Of a DNA stretch of 64,000 nucleotides, positions 35,499-45,014 are shown one piece after another. Location of the stretch: positions 24,683-88,682 of the forward strand of contig MEPR01000035.1 in NCBI GenBank assembly GCA_001769835.1. The letters run 5' to 3'. Within the stretch, counting starts at the first letter, position 1; every line of letters starts with the position of its first letter. The stretch is from Bdellovibrionales bacterium GWB1_55_8 (lineage in GTDB: Bacteria > Bdellovibrionota > UBA1018). The notes under the pieces are model-generated. The model saw only the letters and a program-made list of their open reading frames with translations, ran no database searches and was not told the DNA's origin. The translations under genes were made by a program, and so were the position numbers.

Positions 35499-35885
35499 AT
35501 GAAATTCGATCACTCACTTGTTCAAAGATTCCTCTCGGCGGCTCTGATCACGTTTGCGTTGGCCACTGTCGCTCCGGTTGCACAAGCCGCTGACCTGAAC
35601 CCGCCCAGCACTCCGGTCAATGTACGCGCGTGGTGGGTCGAGCCTGATCACATTTACCTGAAATGGGATGCCGCGAACGATGATGTGGAAGTGTCGACTT
35701 ACCGGATCTATCGCAACGATGAACTCGTCGCGACCACGATCAAAACCTACTTCCTGGACATGGAATACGACCGGGAGATCTACAACAGCTACTCCATTAC
35801 GGCCGTCGATGCGGCTGGAAATGAATCTCCGGCTTCGGAAATCATCGACTCGCCGGCCGATCCGATTTTTGACATGGCAAATTGA
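35499..35885 (+). CDS. secreted fibronectin type III domain protein
   Basis: Signal peptide, then PSTPVNVRAWWVEPDHIYLKWDAANDDVEVSTYRIYRNDELVATT...YSITAVDAAGNESPAS (FN3 with W/Y/L core). Confidence 0.5.
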   Translation: MKFDHSLVQRFLSAALITFALATVAPVAQAADLNPPSTPVNVRAWWVEPDHIYLKWDAANDDVEVSTYRIYRNDELVATTIKTYFLDMEYDREIYNSYSITAVDAAGNESPASEIIDSPADPIFDMAN

Positions 35886-35950
35886 CCGCCGGCTAAACCA
35901 GCAAAGAGGGAAGCTTTTACGGAAGCTCTGTGCTAAGGTTTGCTGACGCA

Positions 35951-37231
35951 ATGAATAAAAACGAAAATACGACTTTAGATACTACTGCCGCGCCCAGCGC
36001 GCCGCGCTCTTCCTGGACCGACCTTGGACTTTCGAAACCCGCCCTGGATCTGATTCAGAAAGCCGGCTTTCTTGCCCCCACCCCCGTGCAGGCAGAAGCC
36101 ATTCCACTCGCGCTCGATAATTGGGACGTAATCGCCTCTGCTCAGACCGGAACTGGCAAAACCGCCAGCTTTGTTCTGCCCATGGTTGAAAAATTTGTCG
36201 GCCGCGAAGGTACATACGGCCTGATTCTTTGCCCCACCCGCGAAATCGCTCAGCAAACCCAAGCCACGATCGAACTGTTCGGCACTCCTCGCGGCGTTCG
36301 TTCCATCGTCCTTATCGGTGGCATTAACATGCGGTACGACACCCAGGCCTTGGCAACGTACCCGCAAATCATCGTGGCGACTCCCGGCCGCCTTTGCGAC
36401 CATCTTGACCGCGGAAACATCTGGCTCGATTTCATCCAGACAGTGGTTTTAGATGAAGCTGATCGCATGCTCGACATGGGATTCGCGGATCAACTTTCCC
36501 GGATCATGGCGGACGTTCCGACCAGTCGCCAGACACTGCTGTTTTCGGCGACCATGCCTCCGAACGTCGAGCGCTTCGCCCAGCGCATTCTGTATGAGCC
36601 CAAGCGTGTTGCTATTGGCAAACCGCTGGCGGCCGCCGCAACAGTCGAACAACACCTTCTGTGGATGAAAGAGGAGTCCAAGAACCGCGAACTCCGTCGC
36701 CTGATTCGCGAAGAGCCGGGCAGCATTATCGTTTTCACCCGGTCCAAGGACATGGCGTCCCGAGTCTGGCGCTCACTCCATAGCCGCTGTGTTTATGACG
36801 CCACTTTCATTCACTCGGACCGCCCGCAGGACCAGCGCGAACAGGCTCTTGCCGACTTCAAATCAGGAAAATTCCGCATCTTGATCGCCACCGACGTCGC
36901 GGGACGAGGCATTCATGTGGACGCGGTTGCACACGTCATCAATTACGACCTTCCGCTCGAGCCGGAAGATTACGTTCACCGCATCGGTCGCACCGGCCGT
37001 GCCGAAGCAAGCGGAAAGGCCACGAGTTTCGCCACGCCTCGTGACCGCCGACTTCTTCAACAGATCGAAACGCTCATCGGGAAACCGATTCCTGCGGACT
37101 TCGCTGATCAAATCGATCTCAACGCACGCTCCTCACATAGCCCTTCTCGTGGCCCATCACGAGGGGGTGACCGCGGCCGCAGCAGCGGCTCCCGCAGTGG
37201 CCCCTCAAGACGCGGCAAATCAACCCGTTAA
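35951..37231 (+). CDS. DEAD-box ATP-dependent RNA helicase (RhlE-like) with basic RG/S-rich tail
   Basis: Q motif TPVQAEAIP, AQTGTGKT, PTRELA, DEAD, SAT, HRIGRTGR. A GTG start at 35930 is also possible. Confidence 0.9.
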   Translation: MNKNENTTLDTTAAPSAPRSSWTDLGLSKPALDLIQKAGFLAPTPVQAEAIPLALDNWDVIASAQTGTGKTASFVLPMVEKFVGREGTYGLILCPTREIAQQTQATIELFGTPRGVRSIVLIGGINMRYDTQALATYPQIIVATPGRLCDHLDRGNIWLDFIQTVVLDEADRMLDMGFADQLSRIMADVPTSRQTLLFSATMPPNVERFAQRILYEPKRVAIGKPLAAAATVEQHLLWMKEESKNRELRRLIREEPGSIIVFTRSKDMASRVWRSLHSRCVYDATFIHSDRPQDQREQALADFKSGKFRILIATDVAGRGIHVDAVAHVINYDLPLEPEDYVHRIGRTGRAEASGKATSFATPRDRRLLQQIETLIGKPIPADFADQIDLNARSSHSPSRGPSRGGDRGRSSGSRSGPSRRGKSTR

Positions 37232-37246
37232 CAAGCAGTAAGAACC

Positions 37247-38875
37247 ATGATTCATCTCACCGGAATTACCAAACAATACGGCTCGCGCGTTCTATTTTCG
37301 AATGCCAGCTTTCAGGTCCGCCCGAACGATAAAATCGGACTTGTTGGTCCGAACGGCGCAGGAAAGTCCACCGTCTTTCGAATCATCATGCGACATGAAG
37401 GCATTGATTCCGGAACAGTTAACATCGCCGATAAACTGGTCGTCGGATACTTTTCCCAGGAAGTCGGTGAAATGCGCGGACGTTCCGCGCTAGAAGAAGT
37501 GAAAGCCGGCGCTGGAAAAGTCTCAGATCTGGCCGCGAAAATCGCCGAATACGAGGCACGCCTTCAAGACTCAGCCGAGCACCCGCTTTCCGATGACGAC
37601 ATGGCAACCCTGCTCGATCGATACGGTGAAGCCCAACTCGAATTCGAACAGCGTGGCGGCTATGACCTGGATTCCCGTGCGAAGGAAATCCTGACCGGCC
37701 TGGGAGTTCACCCCGAGGAACACAATAATCCGGTAGAGACCTTCAGCGGCGGCTGGAAAATGCGGATCGCCCTGGCCCGTATTTTGGCCCTGAACCCTGA
37801 TGTCCTCCTGATGGACGAACCCACCAATCACCTGGACCTCGAGTCGATTGTCTGGCTGGAACAGTGGCTCGTCGACTTCAAGGGCGCACTGGTGATGACG
37901 AGCCATGACCGGGATTTCATGAACCGCATTGTGAGCCGAATCGTGGAAGTGGCAAACAAGAGCATCACCACCTATAGCGGCAATTACGAGTTTTACGTAC
38001 GTGAACGCGACATCCGCAAAACCCAGCTTCTTGCTGCGCATCAGAAGCAGCAGGACATGTTGGCGAAGGAAGAGGAGTTCATCGCACGATTCGCGGCGCG
38101 CGCATCCCACGCCGCTCAGGTGCAATCGCGGGTGAAGAAGCTCGACAAAATCGACCGGATTGAGATCCCCGCCGAGGAGAAGACCATCCGCTTTGATTTT
38201 CCCATCCCACCTCGCAGTGGCAACGATGTCGTCAAGATGACGAACCTGGCCAAATCATGGAAACGGCCTGATGGCACCCTTAAACCTGTTTTCAACGGCG
38301 TGACGGGAATCGTGAAACGCCTCGATCGCATCGCCGTGGTCGGCGTGAACGGCGCCGGAAAGTCCACGCTCCTGAAAACAATCTGCGGCATGACTGAAGC
38401 CACCACGGGCGACGTGAATCTAGGCGCGAATGTTCGCCTCGGCTACTTCAGCCAGCACTCGCTGGATGTGCTCAATCCACAGAAATCCATGTTTGACGAA
38501 ATTCACGACCGAATCCCGGAAGCGACGATCGGATACGTCAGGAACCTGCTGGGCGCCTTTGCCTTCAGTGGCGACGATGTTTATAAAAAAATATCGGTAC
38601 TTTCAGGCGGGGAAAAGAGCAGGGTCGTTCTCGCAACGATCCTCGCGTCACCGGTGAATTTCCTGGTCCTCGACGAACCAACGAACCACCTCGACATTCG
38701 CTCTCGTGAAGTACTGCTGGACGCAATCCGCAACTTCGATGGAACGGTCATGCTTGTCAGTCATGATCGTCACTTCCTCCGTTCAATCGCGAACCGGGTG
38801 TTTGAAGTGGGCCACGGCGAACTTCGCGTCTACGAAGGCGGGTACGAATATTACCGCTCGCAGACGGTTCACTGA
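37247..38875 (+). CDS. ABC-F family ATPase (two ABC domains, no TMD; EttA/Uup/YheS-like)
   Basis: Two Walker A sites (GPNGAGKST and GVNGAGKST), two LSGG signatures, inter-domain linker. Confidence 0.9.
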   Translation: MIHLTGITKQYGSRVLFSNASFQVRPNDKIGLVGPNGAGKSTVFRIIMRHEGIDSGTVNIADKLVVGYFSQEVGEMRGRSALEEVKAGAGKVSDLAAKIAEYEARLQDSAEHPLSDDDMATLLDRYGEAQLEFEQRGGYDLDSRAKEILTGLGVHPEEHNNPVETFSGGWKMRIALARILALNPDVLLMDEPTNHLDLESIVWLEQWLVDFKGALVMTSHDRDFMNRIVSRIVEVANKSITTYSGNYEFYVRERDIRKTQLLAAHQKQQDMLAKEEEFIARFAARASHAAQVQSRVKKLDKIDRIEIPAEEKTIRFDFPIPPRSGNDVVKMTNLAKSWKRPDGTLKPVFNGVTGIVKRLDRIAVVGVNGAGKSTLLKTICGMTEATTGDVNLGANVRLGYFSQHSLDVLNPQKSMFDEIHDRIPEATIGYVRNLLGAFAFSGDDVYKKISVLSGGEKSRVVLATILASPVNFLVLDEPTNHLDIRSREVLLDAIRNFDGTVMLVSHDRHFLRSIANRVFEVGHGELRVYEGGYEYYRSQTVH

Positions 38876-38881
38876 GCGACT

Positions 38882-39937
38882 TCAGAATCTCCAGAACGCA
38901 AAGACGTGCGGAACGTAACCGTCCACCCCGAATTTCAGCTTTGTGACGTCATACACGTTCAAATTGAGCGACACGTTTAAGTGGTCCCACACGAAAACGT
39001 AGGCGATGTATCCACCCACCGTGCGCGTTTCGAACATGTATTGGGGACCGTAAAGTAGCCTGTCCCAGTTATCGAAGATGTGTTGCGATCCTGTCCGAAT
39101 GGAAGACGTCAAGGACGCCAGCACATCGCCCGGGCGGGTCACCTGTCGATAAAGGTCGGGCGGCGATGCGAGCGTGATAACGGTATGCGAAATCGATTTC
39201 GTATTCGACTTCACATCATAATAAAAGGATAGCCCGGCGCTATACAGATGCAGGCCCTCTTCCGCTGCGTAGCCGGTCCCGACAAGCGAAGTCCCGAGTG
39301 ACAGTGTCGACCACGGACGAGACCAGACCCGGTATTTGAGACCAACATTCGGGTACGCAACTGCGGCCACAAGCACGGTCGATAGCGTCACATCATCACT
39401 GACGCCGTAAAAGACCCGGCTCGCGATATCGAGAAGGACTTCATGCTTATCCAGCGTTTCCGCGGTTTCACCGGTGATACCAAGATACGTCAACGGCTTG
39501 TGACGCCCCTTTCGGCCCGGACCGGACATGAGCAAATCCGTCCGCCCGGGAAAGGCCTCAGCCCCTTTTTCCAGGATCAGGAGCCGATCGCCGGGACGTA
39601 TGAGACCCTGGCCCTCGTGAGCGATGAAACCGAGGGTTGCCTGCCAGGTGTCCAGTGTGGCGCAATTAGATCGAAGAACTTCTGTATAGCCGAGGATCGC
39701 CTTTGTTTCGCGCCCTTCGACTCGATAGCGCTCACCTCGGACCGGGCACGTTCCAGTTCCCTGAGCCTGAAGTTCTGTTTCAGAAAGAACCGCTGAGATA
39801 TGCGCATCCGCAATAGACATAGCATCGGCAAAAGCGAAAGAGCCAGAGGTCGCCGACAAGAGGAGCGCAGCAGTAATAATAGATTGAGCGATACAGATCT
39901 TCACCAGCTTCGCACCTGTCTCAGTCCACGGGGTCAC
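38882..39937 (-). CDS. hypothetical secreted protein, possible outer-membrane beta-barrel (C-terminal F)
   Basis: Signal-like N-terminus, alternating amphipathic strands, terminal ...FAFWRF. Confidence 0.45.
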   Translation of the reverse strand: MTPWTETGAKLVKICIAQSIITAALLLSATSGSFAFADAMSIADAHISAVLSETELQAQGTGTCPVRGERYRVEGRETKAILGYTEVLRSNCATLDTWQATLGFIAHEGQGLIRPGDRLLILEKGAEAFPGRTDLLMSGPGRKGRHKPLTYLGITGETAETLDKHEVLLDIASRVFYGVSDDVTLSTVLVAAVAYPNVGLKYRVWSRPWSTLSLGTSLVGTGYAAEEGLHLYSAGLSFYYDVKSNTKSISHTVITLASPPDLYRQVTRPGDVLASLTSSIRTGSQHIFDNWDRLLYGPQYMFETRTVGGYIAYVFVWDHLNVSLNLNVYDVTKLKFGVDGYVPHVFAFWRF

Positions 39938-39991
39938 AAGATACCATTAAACTACCTTGTGATCCCCGTGCCAAGCCATTCCAGTTCGGAC

Positions 39992-41284
39992 TTAGGCTTT
40001 TCGCTGATCAATGATCCGCTTCAGCTTCCCCGTACGCGGATTTGTAGTCAGGAGACGCGGATCCACCCATTCGATCTCCAGCGGATGGATCAGACCCTTG
40101 GCCACGGACTCTGCAAACATTGGACGCTCCGTACTGAACTCCGCGATGACCTTTTTCTCGAATGCCTTCAATTCATCGATCTGGGCCGATGCGCCGATCC
40201 GCACAACCAAGAGGTCCCGGCCCATTCTGTGCGCGATGACGAGTTGAAATTGATTGAAGTTCATGCCCAGAAGACGTGGAGCTAGAAACGCTCGCATGTC
40301 CTCGTAATAGATCGAAACCGGCCCAACCCTTGCGGCCTCTCCCGAGCGCCCGAGAATAACGTACTTCCGATCCCGAAAACCCGGGGACACTTCCTCGACC
40401 CACTGAGCGCGATCGCCGACCGGGTAACGAATGATCGGCATTAAAATACGCGTCCGGTTGGTGAGAAGAATCCTTCCAGGCCGTTTCGGCTCGAGAATGA
40501 CTTCACCTGTATCCTCATCCACGATTTCCAAATGTGTTGCGTCACCGAAAACACGGTGTTCATCCTGACCGCATTCCGGATCGGCATAGCCGATCGGTCC
40601 GGCATCCACGCTCGCATACCCGATTGAGCGGATATCCACGCCCGGGAAGATCTCCTGCAACCTCTCGCGCTGATCTGAATACATGGACTCTCCGCCAAAG
40701 AGAATCTTCCTTGGCGACACCTTCGGATATCGGGATTTGTTGCGTGAAAAGTACTCTGCCAGGACCAGCAGGGTGGTTGGCACTCCGGCGATCACATCAA
40801 CATCAAAATCGCCGACTATCTTAAGAACCTCTTCCGGGGAGGTAGTGCCCGCGATGGGAAAATGAAGAGCCGGCTCTACGGCTTGCTCGATCGATTTCAT
40901 GATGAAGATGAAAGAAGCGTACAGCTCACCCACGTAAAACAGATTGGCAATGCGTTGGCCCGACTTCAACCCGTTGGCAGACAAGCCACGAGAAAAGACC
41001 TCAGTAAAGCTGTCCCACTCCTCCTGCGAGAATACGGAAAATTTAGGACTGCCGGTGGTACCACCACTCTTGAAAACGATTCCATCAGCCATTGGACGTG
41101 TCAGGAGCTGATTGTGCTGAATTGTATTCGCCGCCCAGAATTCGGTCTGATCGACAATTGGAAGCTGAGATAGTTCCGGAACCCTACCGTCCGCGAACTC
41201 GGCCACACCCACGTATAACTTGCGATAGTAGGACGACTGCTCACGAGCTGTCCGCAGCAACTCTGCCAGTGAGTAGATTTTCAC
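39992..41284 (-). CDS. phenylacetate-CoA ligase-like (PaaK/F390-synthetase-like, ANL superfamily) adenylate-forming enzyme
   Basis: VFKSGGTTGSPKFSVFSQEEW (P-loop-like A3 motif) and PaaK-like size and order. The start overlaps the upstream stop. Confidence 0.7.
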   Translation of the reverse strand: MKIYSLAELLRTAREQSSYYRKLYVGVAEFADGRVPELSQLPIVDQTEFWAANTIQHNQLLTRPMADGIVFKSGGTTGSPKFSVFSQEEWDSFTEVFSRGLSANGLKSGQRIANLFYVGELYASFIFIMKSIEQAVEPALHFPIAGTTSPEEVLKIVGDFDVDVIAGVPTTLLVLAEYFSRNKSRYPKVSPRKILFGGESMYSDQRERLQEIFPGVDIRSIGYASVDAGPIGYADPECGQDEHRVFGDATHLEIVDEDTGEVILEPKRPGRILLTNRTRILMPIIRYPVGDRAQWVEEVSPGFRDRKYVILGRSGEAARVGPVSIYYEDMRAFLAPRLLGMNFNQFQLVIAHRMGRDLLVVRIGASAQIDELKAFEKKVIAEFSTERPMFAESVAKGLIHPLEIEWVDPRLLTTNPRTGKLKRIIDQRKA

Positions 41285-43833
41285 CCGCGGCTCCTGTCTT
41301 CCTCGTCGCGTTCATCGATGATATGCCTGAGCTTGCCGCTTCCAGCGGTCTTCTCGAACTGTTCCGGTGTTATCAACTTCACCTCAAACTCAAGAATACC
41401 GTCCTGCGATACCGATTCGTCCAGGTCCTTGTACTCCGCCAACAAAAGCCCCCTGACCATTTCAGCAGTGAGGCCTCGGTCGCGAAGCACCGATAGCTCC
41501 AGCTTTTCCAGGCCTCGGATACCCGATCCTTTCAAGCGAATCTGGAGTTCCTCCCCATAATCGCGATGATCGGCCAGGATTTTCAGGAATTTCTGGTAAC
41601 TATAGTAGGTCGCCCCGATACGGAAAACGTCTCCATGCCTTCCCAGCAGTTCAAAACGCGGGGATCGACGCCCGCAGGCACAGTCACCTGTGATCCATCT
41701 GCCCACATCACCGATTTCATAGCGCGTCAGGCTCTGCCCCTTTCGGACAAGGGAGGTGAAGATCAGCCTGCCTGCCGTGGCGCCTTCCACCGGCTGATCA
41801 TTATCGAGACCAAGAATCTCCAGTCGATGCAAGCGTCCATGAAGGTGGTGAACGCCTCCCTCCGAGTGCCGGCACTGATAACCCAGCGGGCCAGCGTCGA
41901 CACTGCCATAAGTCGCCGATTTGATCAGATTAATTCCGAACGCGTCCATGAAATAGCGTTTTTGAACTGCATTGAAATGCTCTCCACCATAAAATACTTT
42001 TTCGACTCCGCGGTACGTGCGAAAAAGCTCCTCGTTTTCACGGAAGAGCTGAATCAGGTAGGACGGCATTCCAAGAAGGACATTCACCCGATGCTCCACT
42101 ATCGTACGCGCGACCATCTTGAGGTCGACATGCGCTCCCATCGGAAACTGCACCGTCCCGAGGTGCTCCAGGATAGTGAAGAAACTCACAAAGCCGCCGT
42201 AGAGCCCGCCCGCGAAAAACAGGTTCATGCAACGATCGGCGGCCGGATCCAGCCCCGCTGCGTACAAACCTTCCGCTGCCAGCTGCATCTGGCGGTGATA
42301 ATCGTCATACGTGAACACCGAAAGTTTAGGATCTCCTGAGCTGCCTCCACTCTTGAAGAATAGCTCAGAGAAGCGCGGGTCCACGTCCGCGTTCTGAAAC
42401 ATCGCCTTTGTCAGTATCGGGCCGACGTTAGCCGTCTGGGGCTGCGCCCCTGTCTCCAGATCAGCAAAGTTCGAAATCCCTTTCAAGGACCCGTCTGATT
42501 GGAAGCTCACTCCGCGGCAATACCGTTGCAAGGCATACACACCGTCGTGGGGTTCGCCCGTATAGCCATCAAGCATTTTGCCGGACTCGGTAATGCGAAG
42601 GACGCCTGCACGCAAAAGCAGTCCACCCAGTTCGCTCGCTCGCGAGGCATCGCAAGACAATGCAGCAGTCTGCAGATAGGCGCGCAAAGGCCGCAGAGCG
42701 GAGATAATCTTGTTCTTAGGCAGCGGCTTCAGCCACACGGTCCGATAAAGCGGAGACGCCCTCAAGCCTGAGGCGAACTCAATCAGGATTCTCCAGGCCC
42801 CGTCCTTTGCCTCCATGACTTGCGTAAAATCCAGACAGGACTCCAGACGGCAGAGTTCAGTCACGGAAGTGATCTCAGCCTGTTCGGCGATGCTGGGCTC
42901 GACGGGCGCAACTTTCGGCGACTCAAGGTCCATCACGCGCGCCAGGCGCTCGCCAAAGCGCCTCAACTCACTCCTGTCTTCCGTTTCGACGTACACACAT
43001 TGCGGACTCGAACACGCCTGCTGCTCGATCGCGCAACACTCGCGAGCGATTTTCTCGATTAACTGCTGATCTTCCAGTCGCTCACGTGCAACATAGACGA
43101 AAGAGATTTTTGGCCCCCAGTCCACGAAGCGAGCGGATGAAGGCGTAAGCTTCCGAGCACCCTCGATGCCAGCCTCTCCACCCCACGCGGCAACACCATC
43201 CGCATTGGCCAGAATCTGTTTCAAAAGATCCCGGCCTTCCTCGGTTCGCGAGGAAATGCGCGCGCAATAGATATAATCCCTGAGCATTCCCGCTGAGTCG
43301 CTGTCCACGAGCATGCGAAGCAGGGTCGGCGTAAAAAGAGTATCGTCTCCGCCAATTTTTAGAAAATTCACGTTGCCGGCGAGCAGACCCTCAATGACGC
43401 TCAGAAACCCGACGCTCGGCGAATTCGTTGGCGCAAGGTGAACCAGACATCCCAGAGGAGCCCAGCACTCAAACAGATGTCTGGAGTATTCCACACGGGC
43501 AAGATGAAACGGATCCGCTGAGCCCAACTCCCTTCTTAGCTTCAACTCCAAATTCTCGCGGCGAAGAAAGTCAGCGATTCCGGAAATCGTCTCAGCGACC
43601 TCCGCCTCGGTTACCCCCCCGCCCGCCTGCAAGATATCCGTAAGCTTTCGCGTCTCTGTTCCAGAATCAAGCGTCTTCGACAACGCAGCACACGCATCTA
43701 TCAGCGCGCGGAGATCGAGAGGCGTACCGACAGTTTCTCCGATCAAACCGGAAAGCCCTGAAACGCGCGACTTAAGCTCGGACTCGGAAATCCATTCGCC
43801 TCGCCACAGATGGGGAGCTATCGACCCGTTCAT
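41281..43833 (-). CDS. fusion protein: LuxC-like acyl-CoA reductase domain plus PaaK-like adenylation domain (about 850 aa)
   Basis: The N-terminal half matches the LuxC/ALDH-like fold, with a candidate catalytic Cys in CCAIEQQACSSPQC. The C-terminal half carries FFKSGGSSGDPKLSVFTYDDY and is paralogous to the downstream PaaK-like protein. Start taken at ATG 43833, which overlaps the luxE-like stop (ATGA); the track start at 43935 would overlap by 106 nt. Confidence 0.6.
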   Translation of the reverse strand: MNGSIAPHLWRGEWISESELKSRVSGLSGLIGETVGTPLDLRALIDACAALSKTLDSGTETRKLTDILQAGGGVTEAEVAETISGIADFLRRENLELKLRRELGSADPFHLARVEYSRHLFECWAPLGCLVHLAPTNSPSVGFLSVIEGLLAGNVNFLKIGGDDTLFTPTLLRMLVDSDSAGMLRDYIYCARISSRTEEGRDLLKQILANADGVAAWGGEAGIEGARKLTPSSARFVDWGPKISFVYVARERLEDQQLIEKIARECCAIEQQACSSPQCVYVETEDRSELRRFGERLARVMDLESPKVAPVEPSIAEQAEITSVTELCRLESCLDFTQVMEAKDGAWRILIEFASGLRASPLYRTVWLKPLPKNKIISALRPLRAYLQTAALSCDASRASELGGLLLRAGVLRITESGKMLDGYTGEPHDGVYALQRYCRGVSFQSDGSLKGISNFADLETGAQPQTANVGPILTKAMFQNADVDPRFSELFFKSGGSSGDPKLSVFTYDDYHRQMQLAAEGLYAAGLDPAADRCMNLFFAGGLYGGFVSFFTILEHLGTVQFPMGAHVDLKMVARTIVEHRVNVLLGMPSYLIQLFRENEELFRTYRGVEKVFYGGEHFNAVQKRYFMDAFGINLIKSATYGSVDAGPLGYQCRHSEGGVHHLHGRLHRLEILGLDNDQPVEGATAGRLIFTSLVRKGQSLTRYEIGDVGRWITGDCACGRRSPRFELLGRHGDVFRIGATYYSYQKFLKILADHRDYGEELQIRLKGSGIRGLEKLELSVLRDRGLTAEMVRGLLLAEYKDLDESVSQDGILEFEVKLITPEQFEKTAGSGKLRHIIDERDEEDRSRG

Positions 43834-45014
43834 CGTGACCCCTGGATGAGCTCTGCAGCCGCTACCGCACAGCTCTTGTTCTTGGATGTGCCCGCACGAC
43901 CATGGACCGCAAAATACGGCGTTCCGGTTCCACAAGAACAGCTGCTGCCCTCATGCAGGGAAGCGAGATCGCCCATCAGCACGCTTTGCGCCGGCATGGA
44001 AGTGATATAGGGCGAAACAAAATGAAGGAAGCCACGCTCTCCATACGGCAGAACCTTGAGCGTTCTCACATCCCTGATAAATACCCGCGACCAGACGGGA
44101 ATATGGAACTGATGGGCCCGGCACTCAACGTAAGGAATGCAGTGCTCCACCGAACCAAAGCCGTCGCGCAGCCGTGCATTCGGAATTCCCAGCTGCTCTT
44201 CCACTTGCGCATAGAGCTGGGTCTTGTTGATTGCCTGATCGGCGTGTCCCTTCCAACCGCCACCCAGAAATACCAGGGAATCCGGCGAGAGCCTCAAAGG
44301 CGGAATTCCAAGATCCTTCATCCGCTGCACGGTGAAATACAGGAACGCCGGAAAACCGAAAATTCTGACCGGCAATCCCTCCTCGGCATAGCGCTGAAGC
44401 GCCCCAATGCAGCCGAAGACATCAAAATCGTGCGTCCCGGTTCCAGTCATCCGGAGCGCGTAGAAGCCATTCTTCACGGGAGCATATTTGCACAGGAAAT
44501 TATCCGTGTACGCCGTACCCAGCTTTGATCCCGTCTCGGTTTCGTAGCTGTAAAGAAGGTAATTGGCGCTTTGGCCAGGAGTGACCCAGCCGTACTTATC
44601 AAAGATAAAATCCACCATTCGCTGTGCGCTTCGGATCGACCATTCATCAAAAAAAACCTGCGACTTCTGGCCGGTTGTCCCGGAAGACGTAAGGTGAAGA
44701 AATACCTCGTCGCGCCCGACCGAAAGAGCTTCATGCGCCTTGAAAAAGCTGGCCAGAACGAATGGTACGCGCGCGCAATCCTCAATTTTGTGAATCGATT
44801 CCGGATCAAACGCCCTCTGGTCCAGCAAACGACGATAAAAGGGACTTTTCTCCGCATGCCACCGGATATTTTCCCGCATCGCCCGGACAAAGAGTCGATC
44901 AATCTCGCCTGTTCCGTAACCGGCATACGGATCAGAAAGCGAACAAAGCTTTTCGACAGCGGCCAAACGGCGGCTGTCGGGCACGCATGGTATGCGCGGC
45001 TCATTTTCGCTCAT
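43830..45014 (-). CDS. LuxE-like acyl-protein synthetase family protein
   Basis: 394 aa. HLTSSGTTGQKSQVFFDEWS plus the general LuxE-family pattern (PF04443-like). Confidence 0.65.
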   Translation of the reverse strand: MSENEPRIPCVPDSRRLAAVEKLCSLSDPYAGYGTGEIDRLFVRAMRENIRWHAEKSPFYRRLLDQRAFDPESIHKIEDCARVPFVLASFFKAHEALSVGRDEVFLHLTSSGTTGQKSQVFFDEWSIRSAQRMVDFIFDKYGWVTPGQSANYLLYSYETETGSKLGTAYTDNFLCKYAPVKNGFYALRMTGTGTHDFDVFGCIGALQRYAEEGLPVRIFGFPAFLYFTVQRMKDLGIPPLRLSPDSLVFLGGGWKGHADQAINKTQLYAQVEEQLGIPNARLRDGFGSVEHCIPYVECRAHQFHIPVWSRVFIRDVRTLKVLPYGERGFLHFVSPYITSMPAQSVLMGDLASLHEGSSCSCGTGTPYFAVHGRAGTSKNKSCAVAAAELIQGSR

